NCBI GenBank assembly: GCA_036569045.1
Contig: DATCRI010000088.1
Coordinates: 20,115-84,114 of the forward strand
Direction of reading: 5' to 3'
DNA: 64,000 bases
Source of the DNA: Chthoniobacterales bacterium
GTDB lineage: Bacteria; Verrucomicrobiota; Verrucomicrobiia; Chthoniobacterales; JAATET01
The first letter of the stretch is position 1. Each line of letters opens with the position of its first letter. Shown piece by piece: positions 9,527 to 18,758 of the stretch. The notes under the pieces are model-generated. The model was not told the DNA's origin, searched no databases, and was given only the letters and a program-made list of their open reading frames with translations. The position numbers and the translations under genes were made by a program.

Positions 9527-11284
9527 ATGGGACGCATTCGTTTACTGCCTGATGAGGTCGCCAGCCAGGTGGCGGCCGGCGAGGTCGTCGAGCGACCGGC
9601 TTCCGTCCTGAAGGAGCTCGTCGAGAACAGCCTCGACGCCGGCGCGACGCGTATCGACGTGGAATATCACCGTGGCGGCGACAAGTTCCTCGCGGTCACC
9701 GATGACGGCCGTGGCATGGATCGCGAGGACGCCTTGCTCTGCCTTGAGCGCCATGCGACGAGCAAGATTCGCACCGGTCGCGACCTCGCGACCGTGGGGA
9801 CTTTCGGCTTTCGCGGGGAGGCCGTGCCGAGCATCGCCAGCGTTTCGCAATTTCGCCTCGTGACCCGGGAGGCGACCGCGGAAGCCGGCACCGAAGTGCT
9901 CATTAATGGGGGGAAGATCGAGACCGTGCGGGACAGCGGCGAGGCCCCGGGCACGCGCATCGAGGTGCGGTCCCTGTTTTTCAATCTGCCGGCCCGGCGA
10001 AAATTCCTGCGCGGCGAGCGCACCGAGGCCTCGCATATCGACCACCATTTCCAGGTGCTCGCCCTGGCGCATCCCGCGCTGCGGTTCTCGCTCACGCGGG
10101 ATGGCCGCCTCGCGCATCAGCTCGCGGCCGCGGCGGACCTGCAAACGCGAGCCCGCGAGCTCCTTGGGGCGGAATTCGCCGGCCAGCTCTTCCCGCTCGA
10201 GCCGACCACGCACAACGGCCTCACCCTTCGCGGTCTGCTGGCGCGTCCGGGACACAGCCGCGGCGACCGCTCGGGCCAATACGTTTTCGTGAACGGCCGC
10301 GCCGTGCACAGCTCCGCGATCTGGCAGCCCCTGCGCGAGGCCTACGGCTCGGCGCTGCCCCGGGGCGTGCATCCGCCGGCGGTTCTGTTCGTGGAGCTCG
10401 ATCCCGAGTGGGTCGATTGCAACGTGCATCCCGCGAAGCGAGAGGTCCGATTCCGCGACGCCATCGCCGTGCGCGAGGCCGTGCGATTCGTCGTCGAGAA
10501 GGCCCTTGCCGGGCAACGGCAGGCGGTGGCGCTGCCGGTGCGGGTGTTTTCCGAACCCGTCGATGTCGCGCCGGTGCGCTCCGAGCCTCCGGCGGCTTCG
10601 GTCGCGGCCCCGGTGGCTCTGCCCCGCGAGGCGGTCGCTTTTCTCCAATCGGCGCCGATGCGCGAACCCGCCCCGGAACTGCCGCTGCCGGAAGTCGAGC
10701 GGGCTGCGCCGGAGCGTTTCCGCTTCATCGGGGCGCTGGCCGATCGCTACGTGCTCATGGAAGACGAGGCCGGGCTCGTGTTGCTCGACCACCGCGCCGC
10801 TCGCGAACGCATTCTTTTCGAACAGTTGCTGCGCCGCGTCGATCGGCGCGAAACGGTGTCGCAGCGGTTGTTGCTGCCGACGATCGTCGAGCTGGCGCCG
10901 CGCGATCTGGCCTGGACGCGCGACCACGCCGCCCTGCTGGCCGCGGCGGGATTGCTCGTGGAGGCGTTTGGCTCGGACACGGTGAAGGTCGACGGTCTGC
11001 CGCCGGTGCTCGCGGCCTGCGATCCGCGCGAGATCGTGCTGCGGGTGGCGGATGATTGTCGCGCCGGCGGGGTGAAAGGGGGCGTCCGCGCCATCGAGGA
11101 GGCGATCGCTCGATCCGTATGCCGCTCCGCGCCGGCAGGTCCGGCGCCGGATGACGCCGCGGCGGCGCGGGCGCTCGTGGATGAACTGATGGCCTGCGAC
11201 CTGCCCTACGCGTGCCCGAATGGCCGTCCGACAATGATTCATTTTGCGCATTCCGAACTCGCGCGGAAATTCGGCCGGGGATGA
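9527..11284 (+). CDS. mutL: DNA mismatch repair protein MutL
   Basis: IRLLPDEVASQVAAGEVVERPASVLKELVENSLDAGATRIDV...VTDDGRGM is the GHKL ATPase N-terminus. The C-terminal dimerisation domain has variant endonuclease motifs (see findings). Confidence 0.92.
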   Translation: MGRIRLLPDEVASQVAAGEVVERPASVLKELVENSLDAGATRIDVEYHRGGDKFLAVTDDGRGMDREDALLCLERHATSKIRTGRDLATVGTFGFRGEAVPSIASVSQFRLVTREATAEAGTEVLINGGKIETVRDSGEAPGTRIEVRSLFFNLPARRKFLRGERTEASHIDHHFQVLALAHPALRFSLTRDGRLAHQLAAAADLQTRARELLGAEFAGQLFPLEPTTHNGLTLRGLLARPGHSRGDRSGQYVFVNGRAVHSSAIWQPLREAYGSALPRGVHPPAVLFVELDPEWVDCNVHPAKREVRFRDAIAVREAVRFVVEKALAGQRQAVALPVRVFSEPVDVAPVRSEPPAASVAAPVALPREAVAFLQSAPMREPAPELPLPEVERAAPERFRFIGALADRYVLMEDEAGLVLLDHRAARERILFEQLLRRVDRRETVSQRLLLPTIVELAPRDLAWTRDHAALLAAAGLLVEAFGSDTVKVDGLPPVLAACDPREIVLRVADDCRAGGVKGGVRAIEEAIARSVCRSAPAGPAPDDAAAARALVDELMACDLPYACPNGRPTMIHFAHSELARKFGRG

Positions 11285-11334
11285 ATTTTCGATCCCGAAA
11301 TTGCGGCGTATCGCCGTTTGTGAAATAAGCGGGG

Positions 11335-11796
11335 ATGCACGACAGCATTCGTATCGAGCCGGCCACGCTGGATGACCTGCCGCAGCTCGTCGACCTGCTG
11401 GACGACCTCTTCTCGATGGAGGCCGATTTTATTCCAAATCGCGAGAAACAGGAACGCGGCCTCCGCCTCATTCTGGAACAGCCGTCTCGCGGACGCATCT
11501 TCGTGCTGCGCACCGATCACCAGCTCATCGCGATGGTGAATCTGCTCATCACGATCAGCACGGCCGAGGGCGGCTTTGTGCTGCTGCTGGAGGACGTCGT
11601 CGTGCACCGCGACCACCGCGGCCAGGGCTACGGCTCGAAGTTGCTCGAGCACGTCATCGCATTCGCCAGACAGAAAAAATTCCTGCGCATCACCCTGCTC
11701 ACCGACCGCGACAACGAGGATGCCAAGCGATTCTATCTCGATCGCGGTTTCTTCGAGAGCGACATGGTGCCGCTGCGCATGCTGTTCCGCGACTAA
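11335..11796 (+). CDS. GNAT family N-acetyltransferase
   Basis: LEDVVVHRDHRGQGYGSKLLEHVIAFARQKKFLRITLLTDRDNEDAKRFYLDRGF contains the acetyl-CoA binding motif R/QxxGxG/A. Confidence 0.85.
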   Translation: MHDSIRIEPATLDDLPQLVDLLDDLFSMEADFIPNREKQERGLRLILEQPSRGRIFVLRTDHQLIAMVNLLITISTAEGGFVLLLEDVVVHRDHRGQGYGSKLLEHVIAFARQKKFLRITLLTDRDNEDAKRFYLDRGFFESDMVPLRMLFRD

Positions 11797-12480
11797 ATGG
11801 CTTCCGGGTTCGAAGATCTGGGGTTCGCCAAGGTCGATCACTCCCGCGACGCGCGTTGCGGCCGGCCGGAGGTGATTTTTTGCGAAGGCAAGACGGCGAA
11901 CGAGGTCGCCGAGATTGCCGCGCGCATTGTTGCGGAGTCCGGCTACCTGCTTGGCACCCGCGCGAGCCGCGAACAATTCGAGGCTGTGGCCGCGAAGCTG
12001 CCGGCGGCGGAATATCACGAACGGGCGCGCTGCATCACGTGCGGCGCGGCGACGCCGAGCGGCTCCCGCTTCGTCGTCGGCATCCTGTCGGCCGGAACGG
12101 CGGATCTCGCCGTCGCCGAGGAGGCCGCCGTCACGCTCACGGCCTTTGGCCAGCGCGTGGAGCGCATCTACGATGTCGGTGTGGCCGGCCTGCATCGGTT
12201 GCTCGATCGGCTCGATACCGTGCGGGCCTGCGGCGTGCTGATCGTCGTTGCGGGCATGGAGGGCGCGTTGCCCAGCGTGGTCTCGGGCCTCGTGGACCGG
12301 CCGGTGATCGCGGTGCCGACGAGCGTTGGTTACGGTGCGGCGTTTGGCGGGCTCGCGGCATTGCTGGGCATGCTCACGAGCTGCGGCAGCAAGGTGACCG
12401 TGGTGAATATCGACAATGGCTTTGGCGCCGCCAGTGCGGCGGACGCGATCCTGCGCCTCGCCGGAGGGGGCGCGTCTTGA
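11797..12480 (+). CDS. larB: LarB (PurE-like nicotinic acid adenine dinucleotide carboxylase/hydrolase for the nickel-pincer cofactor)
   Basis: KVDHSRDARCGRPEVIFCEGKT...VVGILSAGTADLAVAEEAAVTL...VVAGMEGALPSVVSGLVDRPVIAVPTSVGYG is the LarB/AIR-carboxylase-like pattern. The ATG directly follows the GNAT stop. Confidence 0.82.
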   Translation: MASGFEDLGFAKVDHSRDARCGRPEVIFCEGKTANEVAEIAARIVAESGYLLGTRASREQFEAVAAKLPAAEYHERARCITCGAATPSGSRFVVGILSAGTADLAVAEEAAVTLTAFGQRVERIYDVGVAGLHRLLDRLDTVRACGVLIVVAGMEGALPSVVSGLVDRPVIAVPTSVGYGAAFGGLAALLGMLTSCGSKVTVVNIDNGFGAASAADAILRLAGGGAS

Positions 12481-13385
12481 GCCGCGTCCGCACCGCTTTC
12501 GTGCCCGGCGCCGGACTCGGCAAACGGCTGCGTCCGCTCACCGAGGAGCGCCCGAAGCCGCTTGTGCCGGTCGGCAATCGCCCGCTCATCACGCATGTTT
12601 TCGACGCCCTCATCGCGGTCGGAATCGAGCGTTTCGTCGTGAATACCCACCACTGTGCCGGCGTCTACGCAGAGCTCATTGGCCCGAAATATCAAGGCTG
12701 CGAGGTGGCGTATATTCACGAGCCAGTGCTCCTGGAAACGGGGGGCGGCATCCGCAATGCCCGCGGGTTGCTGGGAGCGGAGCCGGTGCTTGTCCACAAC
12801 GGCGATGTCCGCGCCGATCTCAACTTGGCGCGCTTGCTCGAGGCCCACGCGGCCGGCGGGTGCGAAGTCACCGCGCTCCTGCGGAGTTTCGGCGGCCCGC
12901 TGCAGGTGCTCTTCGATCCGATCACGTCGCAGGTGAAGGATTTTCGATGCACGTTGGGCGAGGGGACCGGCGTCGACACGCTGTTCACCGGCGCCTACGT
13001 GATCGAGCCGGCTTTCGTGGATCGCATCCCGCCGGACGAGATCATTTCCGTCGTGCCGGTCTTCCTCGACATGCTGCGCGCCGGTATCCCCATCGCGGGC
13101 GTGCTGGACGATTCCGGCTCCTGGGCCGACCTCGGCGACCGCGCGTCGTATCTCGAGGCGCACCGCGGGGGATGGCTCGTGGACGAGACCGCGCGAGTCG
13201 GAGCGGACGTGAAGTTTTGCGGATTTGGCGCCGTCGGGGCGGGCGCGGAGATCGGCGCCGGCGCGGTGCTCGAGGACACCGTCGTGTGGCCGGATGCAAA
13301 AATCGCTTCCGGCGCGCAGTTGTGCGGCTGTATCGTCCGGGACCATCGCGTGGCCGCCGGCCTTCACGCGGACACCGATTTTTAG
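12477..13385 (+). CDS. Sugar-1-phosphate nucleotidyltransferase (MurU/GCD1-like N-domain plus short hexapeptide-repeat tail)
   Basis: FVPGAGLGKRLRPLTEERPKPLVPVGNRPLI is the NTP-transferase signature. The C-terminus has a left-handed beta-helix-like region. The start is assigned to TTG 12477 (TTGA overlap with the larB stop). The track ORF 11856..13385 overlaps larB and is over-extended. Confidence 0.75.
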   Translation: MSRVRTAFVPGAGLGKRLRPLTEERPKPLVPVGNRPLITHVFDALIAVGIERFVVNTHHCAGVYAELIGPKYQGCEVAYIHEPVLLETGGGIRNARGLLGAEPVLVHNGDVRADLNLARLLEAHAAGGCEVTALLRSFGGPLQVLFDPITSQVKDFRCTLGEGTGVDTLFTGAYVIEPAFVDRIPPDEIISVVPVFLDMLRAGIPIAGVLDDSGSWADLGDRASYLEAHRGGWLVDETARVGADVKFCGFGAVGAGAEIGAGAVLEDTVVWPDAKIASGAQLCGCIVRDHRVAAGLHADTDF

Positions 13386-14378
13386 ATGTTTCCCGATACT
13401 GTCATCGAATACACGCGCGCCCGTTTTCCGGATCTCGCCTCGGAGGATTTTGGCGTCAACCTTCTCGACAAGGGGGGCTCGGGCCGGAAATTCTACCGCA
13501 TCCAGGCGCCCTCGGGGCCGACGATGATCGCGGTGAAGTATCATCCGGATAAGGAGGAAAATCGCCATTACGCCGACATCGCGGACTATCTCGACCGCTC
13601 CGACGTGAACGTGCCGCACATCTTCCTGCACGATCATGAAGAAGGCCTCATCTGGATGCAGGATCTCGGCGGAAAGGATCTCTGGAGCTTCCGCAACGAT
13701 CCCTGGACCACGCGCCGCCCGCTCTACGAACGCGCCCTTCGCCAGGCCTTCCTCCTCCACTCGAGCGCGACCGACCAGTGGGACGGCGTGCACCCGAAAT
13801 TCGAGATCGAGTTCAACGAGCAGCTCTATCTCTGGGAACAGAATTATTTCCTCGAGCACTGCCTGTGCGGCTTTTTCGGGCTGGCGGAAGCCGACGCCCG
13901 CAAGGTGATGGATGCCCCGACCGTGCGTGGCCTTGCCCCGCGTCTCGCGGCGGAGCCCCGTGTGCTCGTGCACCGGGATTTTCAGTCGCAGAACGTCATC
14001 ATTCATGGCGGCGAAGCGTGGATCATCGATTTCCAGGGCATGCGGCCGGGTCTTGCGCAATACGACCTTGCGTCCCTGCTTTACGACCCCTACGTCTCGC
14101 TCACCGAGGCCGAACGCGTCGACCAGTTGCGCTTCTACAAGACCCTGCTCTCCGCCCGTGGGCACACGACCACGAAGGCCTTCGACGACGTATTCTACAT
14201 GTGCGCGGCCCAGCGACTCATGCAGGCCCTCGGTGCCTACGGATTCCTCGGCATGAAGCGTGACAAACCCGAATTTCTTACCCACATCCCGGCGGCGCGG
14301 CGATCGTTGCGCGAGGTGACATCCCGTGTGGATGGCCTCGGGGAGCTCGCCGCCCTGCTGGACAGACTTCCCGAATGA
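13386..14378 (+). CDS. AmgK-like anomeric sugar kinase (aminoglycoside-phosphotransferase fold)
   Basis: LDKGGSGRKFYRI...VLVHRDFQSQNVIIHGGEAWIIDFQGMRPGLAQYDLASLLYDPYV has the catalytic HRDxxxxN and IDFQ motifs recalled from AmgK-type kinases. The ATG directly follows the upstream TAG. Confidence 0.75.
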   Translation: MFPDTVIEYTRARFPDLASEDFGVNLLDKGGSGRKFYRIQAPSGPTMIAVKYHPDKEENRHYADIADYLDRSDVNVPHIFLHDHEEGLIWMQDLGGKDLWSFRNDPWTTRRPLYERALRQAFLLHSSATDQWDGVHPKFEIEFNEQLYLWEQNYFLEHCLCGFFGLAEADARKVMDAPTVRGLAPRLAAEPRVLVHRDFQSQNVIIHGGEAWIIDFQGMRPGLAQYDLASLLYDPYVSLTEAERVDQLRFYKTLLSARGHTTTKAFDDVFYMCAAQRLMQALGAYGFLGMKRDKPEFLTHIPAARRSLREVTSRVDGLGELAALLDRLPE

Positions 14379-16372
14379 ATCCCGGAACCGCGACCCTCGT
14401 CATCGAAGCCATCACGCCGCAGATCGAAGGCGGCCGCCACCCCATCAAACGTGCCGAAGGCGAGGACGTCGTCGTCGAGGCCGATATCTTCAAGGATGGC
14501 CACGACATCGTCTCCGCCGTCCTGAAATGGCGCAAAGCCGGTGAGGAAGCCTGGCACGAGACGCCGATGACGCCGCTCATCAACGACCGCTGGCGCGGCA
14601 CGCTCACCGTGAGCGGCACCGGGCGCTACGAATACACGGTCGTGGCGTGGGGCGACGTGTTCCTCTCCTGGCGCGACGAGGTCGTCAAGAAAGTCGACGG
14701 CGGCCTCACGGAACTCACCAGCGAAGCACTCGAGGGCGCCCGCGTCCTGCGCGCTGCCGCGAAGTCCGCCGACAAATCCGACGCCGCCACCCTCGAGGCC
14801 TTCGCGGCTTCCCTCGAGCAGGCGGACCCGGCCGGCCTGAAGGAAATCGCCATCGATGCCAGCCTCGAGGGGCTGATGCATTTCTACGCCGATCGCTCGC
14901 TCGCCACGACCCACTCGCCCGCGCTTTCCATCTGGGTCGACCGCCGGGCTGCCGCGTTCGCCGCGTGGTATGAATTTTTTCCGCGCTCCGCCGAGGGCAA
15001 GCCCGACAGCGGCTCGACCTTCCGCGATTGTCTCGAGCGCATCGACGACGCGGAGGCGATGGGCTTCGACGTCATCTATTTTCCGCCGATCCATCCGATC
15101 GGGGAAACCAATCGCAAGGGCCGTAATAACTCGACGACGAGCGAGCCCGGGGAGCCCGGCGTGCCTTACGCGATCGGCAATTTTCGCCAGGGCGTGAACG
15201 GTGGCGGCCACAAGGACGTCGCTCCCGAGCTCGGCACGCTCGCCGATTTCGACTGGCTCGTGGCCGAGACGCACAAGCGCGGCATGGAGATCGCGCTGGA
15301 TTTCGCGGTGAACTGCTCGCCCGACCACCCTTACGTGAAGGACCACCCCGACTGGTTCTTCAAGCGGCCCGACGGCACGATCAAATACGCCGAGAATCCG
15401 CCCAAGAAATACGAGGACGTCTATCCGCTGAATTACCATTGCGCGGACTGGCGGAATCTCTGGGCCGAGCTGCGCGACGTCCTTCTTTTCTGGGCGGAGC
15501 ACAAGGTGCGCATCTTCCGCGTCGACAATCCGCACACGAAACCTGTCGCCTTCTGGGAATGGGTGATCGCCGAGGTGCAGGCAAAGTTCCCCGACGTCAT
15601 CTTCCTCAGCGAGGCGTTCACGCGCCCGAAGATGATGCGCGCGCTGGCCAAGGTCGGCTTCACGCAGAGTTACACGTATTTCACGTGGCGCACCGGCAAG
15701 GCCGAGCTCACGGAGTATCTCGAAGAACTCACACAGGGCGAAATGGCGGACTATTTCCGCGGCAATTTCTTCACGAACACCCCCGACATTCTTCCCGAGC
15801 ATCTGCAGACGGGCGGCCGGCCATGCTTCATCCAGCGGGCGGTGCTCGCGGCGACGCTGATGCCGGTCTACGGCATCTACAGCGGTTTCGAGCTCTGCGA
15901 GAACACACCGACGAAACCCGGCAAGGAGGAGTATCTCGACAGCGAGAAATACCAGTTCAAGGGCCGCGACTGGAACGCCCCCGGCAATATCAAGGATGTC
16001 ATTGCCGCGCTGAATCGCGCCCGTCGCGAACAGCCCGCGCTGCAGGAGTATCGCAACCTGCGCTTCCATCCCTCGAGCAGCGACCAGGTGCTTTTCTACA
16101 GCAAGATGACCGCCGCGCGGGACAGCATCGTGCTCGTCGCGGTGAATCTCGATCCGCACAATTTCCAATCCGCGTGGGTCACGGTTCCGGTTTCCGATTT
16201 CGGCTGGAACGAGAAGGAAACCTACGAGGTGCGCGACCTCATCACGAACGAGACGTTCCTGTGGAATGGCGCGCGCAATTTCGTCGCGCTCGATCCGCGC
16301 ACCCGGCCGGCCCACGTGCTGGAGGTGCGCCGCTGGCAGGGCCGTGCGCTCGGAGCGGACATTTACGCATGA
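14375..16372 (+). CDS. glgE: Alpha-1,4-glucan:maltose-1-phosphate maltosyltransferase
   Basis: IEAITPQIEGGRHPIKRAEGEDVVVEADIFKDGHD...YFPPIHPIGETNRKGRNN...FRVDNPHTKP matches GlgE (GH13_3). ATGA overlap with the upstream gene. Confidence 0.9.
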   Translation: MNPGTATLVIEAITPQIEGGRHPIKRAEGEDVVVEADIFKDGHDIVSAVLKWRKAGEEAWHETPMTPLINDRWRGTLTVSGTGRYEYTVVAWGDVFLSWRDEVVKKVDGGLTELTSEALEGARVLRAAAKSADKSDAATLEAFAASLEQADPAGLKEIAIDASLEGLMHFYADRSLATTHSPALSIWVDRRAAAFAAWYEFFPRSAEGKPDSGSTFRDCLERIDDAEAMGFDVIYFPPIHPIGETNRKGRNNSTTSEPGEPGVPYAIGNFRQGVNGGGHKDVAPELGTLADFDWLVAETHKRGMEIALDFAVNCSPDHPYVKDHPDWFFKRPDGTIKYAENPPKKYEDVYPLNYHCADWRNLWAELRDVLLFWAEHKVRIFRVDNPHTKPVAFWEWVIAEVQAKFPDVIFLSEAFTRPKMMRALAKVGFTQSYTYFTWRTGKAELTEYLEELTQGEMADYFRGNFFTNTPDILPEHLQTGGRPCFIQRAVLAATLMPVYGIYSGFELCENTPTKPGKEEYLDSEKYQFKGRDWNAPGNIKDVIAALNRARREQPALQEYRNLRFHPSSSDQVLFYSKMTAARDSIVLVAVNLDPHNFQSAWVTVPVSDFGWNEKETYEVRDLITNETFLWNGARNFVALDPRTRPAHVLEVRRWQGRALGADIYA

Positions 16373-16581
16373 GCGCCGACATCCATGGGCAACTCGAGGA
16401 AGCTCTCTCGCGGCAGCCCTTCGCGCCGTTCGCCATCCGAACGACGGACGGCCGACGCATCGCGGTGGAAGCTCGCGGCCAGGCGGTGCTGAATTCGCAG
16501 GCGATCTCGGTCGTCGAGGCCGCGTTTTCCGTCACCGTGATCGGAATCCCGCAGATCGACGTCATCGAAGAGCCGGCCTGA
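16369..16581 (+). CDS. Small hypothetical protein (70 aa) translationally coupled to glgE
   Basis: ATG 16369 forms an ATGA overlap with the glgE stop. Sequence: MSADIHGQLEEALSRQPFAPFAIRTTDGRRIAVEARGQAVLNSQAISVVEAAFSVTVIGIPQIDVIEEPA. I recognise no domain. Confidence 0.5.
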   Translation: MSADIHGQLEEALSRQPFAPFAIRTTDGRRIAVEARGQAVLNSQAISVVEAAFSVTVIGIPQIDVIEEPA

Positions 16582-16732
16582 CGACCGCGTTTGGGGCCTC
16601 GATGAAGGCCGGATCACCGCCAGGATCGTCGGAATGCGTGGGATCCTGTTGGCGTTGCTGACGAGGCGAAGAAAATCGAGATGAATATCGGCGTTCACGC
16701 CCTCACGCATCGAGACTGCGCGGCGCCGCGGA

Positions 16733-17788
16733 CTACGCGGGATTCTCGATCGCCGGTGCGGAAATCTTCACGGGCGTCGGTGAGGGCTCCGGAGTCGGAG
16801 AGGCCTCCACGGTCGGGCTCGGGCTGGAGGCGGCGGGTTCGGCGAGATATTTGTTCAGGAGCGCGCCGAGGCGATAGCCGGCGAGGACGATGCGCTGCTC
16901 GGCGCAGGCGCGGGCGGCATCGACGTAGGCCTGGGTGAGCTTCACGGGTTTGTCGGCGGGCGTCGCGGGCAGCTTTTGGTAGCCGAGATCGTAGCCGAGG
17001 GCGTGGCTCTCCTTGGCCCACGCGACCGCGTCGCCCTGTTCCTTGAGCAAGGTGGAGCGCGGGTATTTTTTCTCGAGGGCGGTGGCCTCGGTGCGGATGT
17101 TCGATGCGAAGGCGATGTGGCCGGCGACGGGCTTGGCGCGGTCGAAGAGCGGTGCCTCGTAGAGCACGGTGGCAAACCCATCGCGATAGACCCGGCGGTA
17201 GGCGCTGTCCCAGAAAAAGTGGAGGTTGCCGCCTTTGGTGAAGACGAGATCGGCGAGGGGATCCTTGAGATTGGCGACCTTGACCTTGTTGCCGCCGGCG
17301 TCTCCGTTGCGATTCGTCGTGTGCAGGGGCTGGTGCACGTCGCCGACGAGGTGCGTGAGAATGACGAGGGCCAGATCCTTGTCGATGGCGGGATCGGTCG
17401 CCTTGCCGGTGAGGATGTCCTCAACTTTCTGAATGCCCCAGACGACGTTCGGCCCGTCGACATTGCCGTCGGGAATCGGCATGCCGTCTGGCGTGTAGGG
17501 CAGGTTGACGTAGTGCCAGACGGCGAAAGGCTTCGTGTCCGGCCGCGCGCGGATGTCGTCCATCCAGCAGGCGATGGTCACGGGATCGTAGGGCGCGTCG
17601 TGCGGAGCGTCCTTCGCGTTGAAGCGGGCGAGCACGGCGGCAAACTGCTCCTTCGCGGCGGGTGTGAGCTGGTCGCAGGCGATCTGCGCGACAAGCATGT
17701 GTCCGACGGGATCCCAGGCCCGGGCGGGTTGAAGAGTGCCGGCGAGGACGAGGCCGGCGGCGAGCGCGGACAGGAGACGGAAATTCAT
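16733..17788 (-). CDS. Secreted S1/P1-type nuclease with Pro-rich C-terminal tail
   Basis: Signal peptide MNFRLLSALAAGLVLAGTLQPARA followed by WDPVGHMLVAQIA (Trp1/His6 zinc ligands). THLVGDVHQPLHT is the S1/P1 zinc motif. Confidence 0.8.
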   Translation of the reverse strand: MNFRLLSALAAGLVLAGTLQPARAWDPVGHMLVAQIACDQLTPAAKEQFAAVLARFNAKDAPHDAPYDPVTIACWMDDIRARPDTKPFAVWHYVNLPYTPDGMPIPDGNVDGPNVVWGIQKVEDILTGKATDPAIDKDLALVILTHLVGDVHQPLHTTNRNGDAGGNKVKVANLKDPLADLVFTKGGNLHFFWDSAYRRVYRDGFATVLYEAPLFDRAKPVAGHIAFASNIRTEATALEKKYPRSTLLKEQGDAVAWAKESHALGYDLGYQKLPATPADKPVKLTQAYVDAARACAEQRIVLAGYRLGALLNKYLAEPAASSPSPTVEASPTPEPSPTPVKISAPAIENPA

Positions 17789-17811
17789 TGTGAGGAAAAG
17801 GAACCCGGCGA

Positions 17812-18540
17812 TCAGCGGCGGGTCGCGGTGTAAATGGAAACAATTCCGCCGGTCAGCGGCTCTGCGTGGGCGAGGGTGAACTGGTTCGCCTCAAGGAGTT
17901 TCGTCATCGCCGCGCCGCTGGGAAATCGCTCGATGGATTCGCCCAGATACTCGTAGGACCCGCGATCACCGGTGACGAGGCCTGCCACGGTCGGCAGGAT
18001 GTGATGCAGGTAGAAGCGGTAGCCGGCACGCAGCGGCGAGAGCGAGGGGAGGGAAAAATCGAGAACGAGCACGTGGCCGCCGGGACGCAGGACGCGTGCC
18101 ATCTCGCCGATCGCGGCCGGCCACGAGGCCATGTTGCGCAGGCCGAAGGCCACCGTCACGACGTCGAACGTCGCATCGCGAAAGGGCAGGCGCGTGCCAT
18201 CGGCATTGATGAGGCGAGTGGCGCCCTTCTTCTGCGATTCGAGGAGCATCGGCTGGCAGAAGTCCGCGCCGACGATGTCCGCATCGGGGCAGGCGCGCCC
18301 GATGGCGATGGCGAGGTCGCCGCTGCCGGTGGCGAGATCGAGCACGCGCCGGGGTGCCCAGCCTTTGACGAGACTCGCCGCGCGGGCGCGCCACACGAAA
18401 TCGATGCCGAGGCTGAGGGCGTGATTGGCGAAATCGTAGCGTCGCGCGATGGACGCGAACGTGCGGCGAATGAAGGCGGGGTCTTGCTGGCGAAGCGTGT
18501 CGATGCGGAGGGAGTTACAATTCGCCACCCAAAATCCCAA
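17812..18540 (-). CDS. ubiE: Demethylmenaquinone/ubiquinone C-methyltransferase (UbiE/MenG family)
   Basis: FIRRTFASIARRYDFANHALSLGIDFVWR...VLDLATGSGDLAI...LRPGGHVLVLDFS. The start is uncertain: TTG 18540 or GTG 18528, with no ATG available. Confidence 0.82.
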   Translation of the reverse strand: MGFWVANCNSLRIDTLRQQDPAFIRRTFASIARRYDFANHALSLGIDFVWRARAASLVKGWAPRRVLDLATGSGDLAIAIGRACPDADIVGADFCQPMLLESQKKGATRLINADGTRLPFRDATFDVVTVAFGLRNMASWPAAIGEMARVLRPGGHVLVLDFSLPSLSPLRAGYRFYLHHILPTVAGLVTGDRGSYEYLGESIERFPSGAAMTKLLEANQFTLAHAEPLTGGIVSIYTATRR

Positions 18541-18558
18541 TCGAAAAATTGGGGGAAG

Positions 18559-18640
18559 TGCTCACGAGAGGACTTGAACCTCCACGAATCTCTTCATGCG
18601 CTTCTGAGACGCACGCGTCTGCCAATTCCGCCACGTGAGC
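18559..18640 (-). tRNA. tRNA-Leu (anticodon CAG)
   Basis: The minus-strand read GCTCACGTGGCGGAATTGGCAGACGCGTGCGTCTCAGAAGCGCATGAAGAGATTCGTGGAGGTTCAAGTCCTCTCGTGAGCA folds as a cloverleaf with a long variable arm. The anticodon loop is CTCAGAA. Confidence 0.85.
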
Positions 18641-18758
18641 AGTGGAGGGCGGAATATGCACGGGCTCGCGGGGTTTGGCAACGCCGGAGTTTGGATTGAA
18701 CAAATTGCGCTGGTCATGGGTCTTAACCCGTGCGAAACGAATTATCCCACATTTCTAC

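Noticed and set aside
9542-11251. 569-aa minus-strand ORF covering almost all of mutL
   Set aside because: It is an antisense shadow ORF. In a GC3-rich genome the complementary frame lacks stops. The translation is Arg/Gly/Ala-rich low-complexity sequence with no motifs, whereas the plus strand encodes an unmistakable MutL.
14237-16315. 692-aa minus-strand ORF opposite glgE (and the similar 651-aa ORF at 12330..14285 opposite the nucleotidyltransferase and kinase genes)
   Set aside because: Same shadow-ORF artefact. The real genes on the plus strand have clear family signatures.
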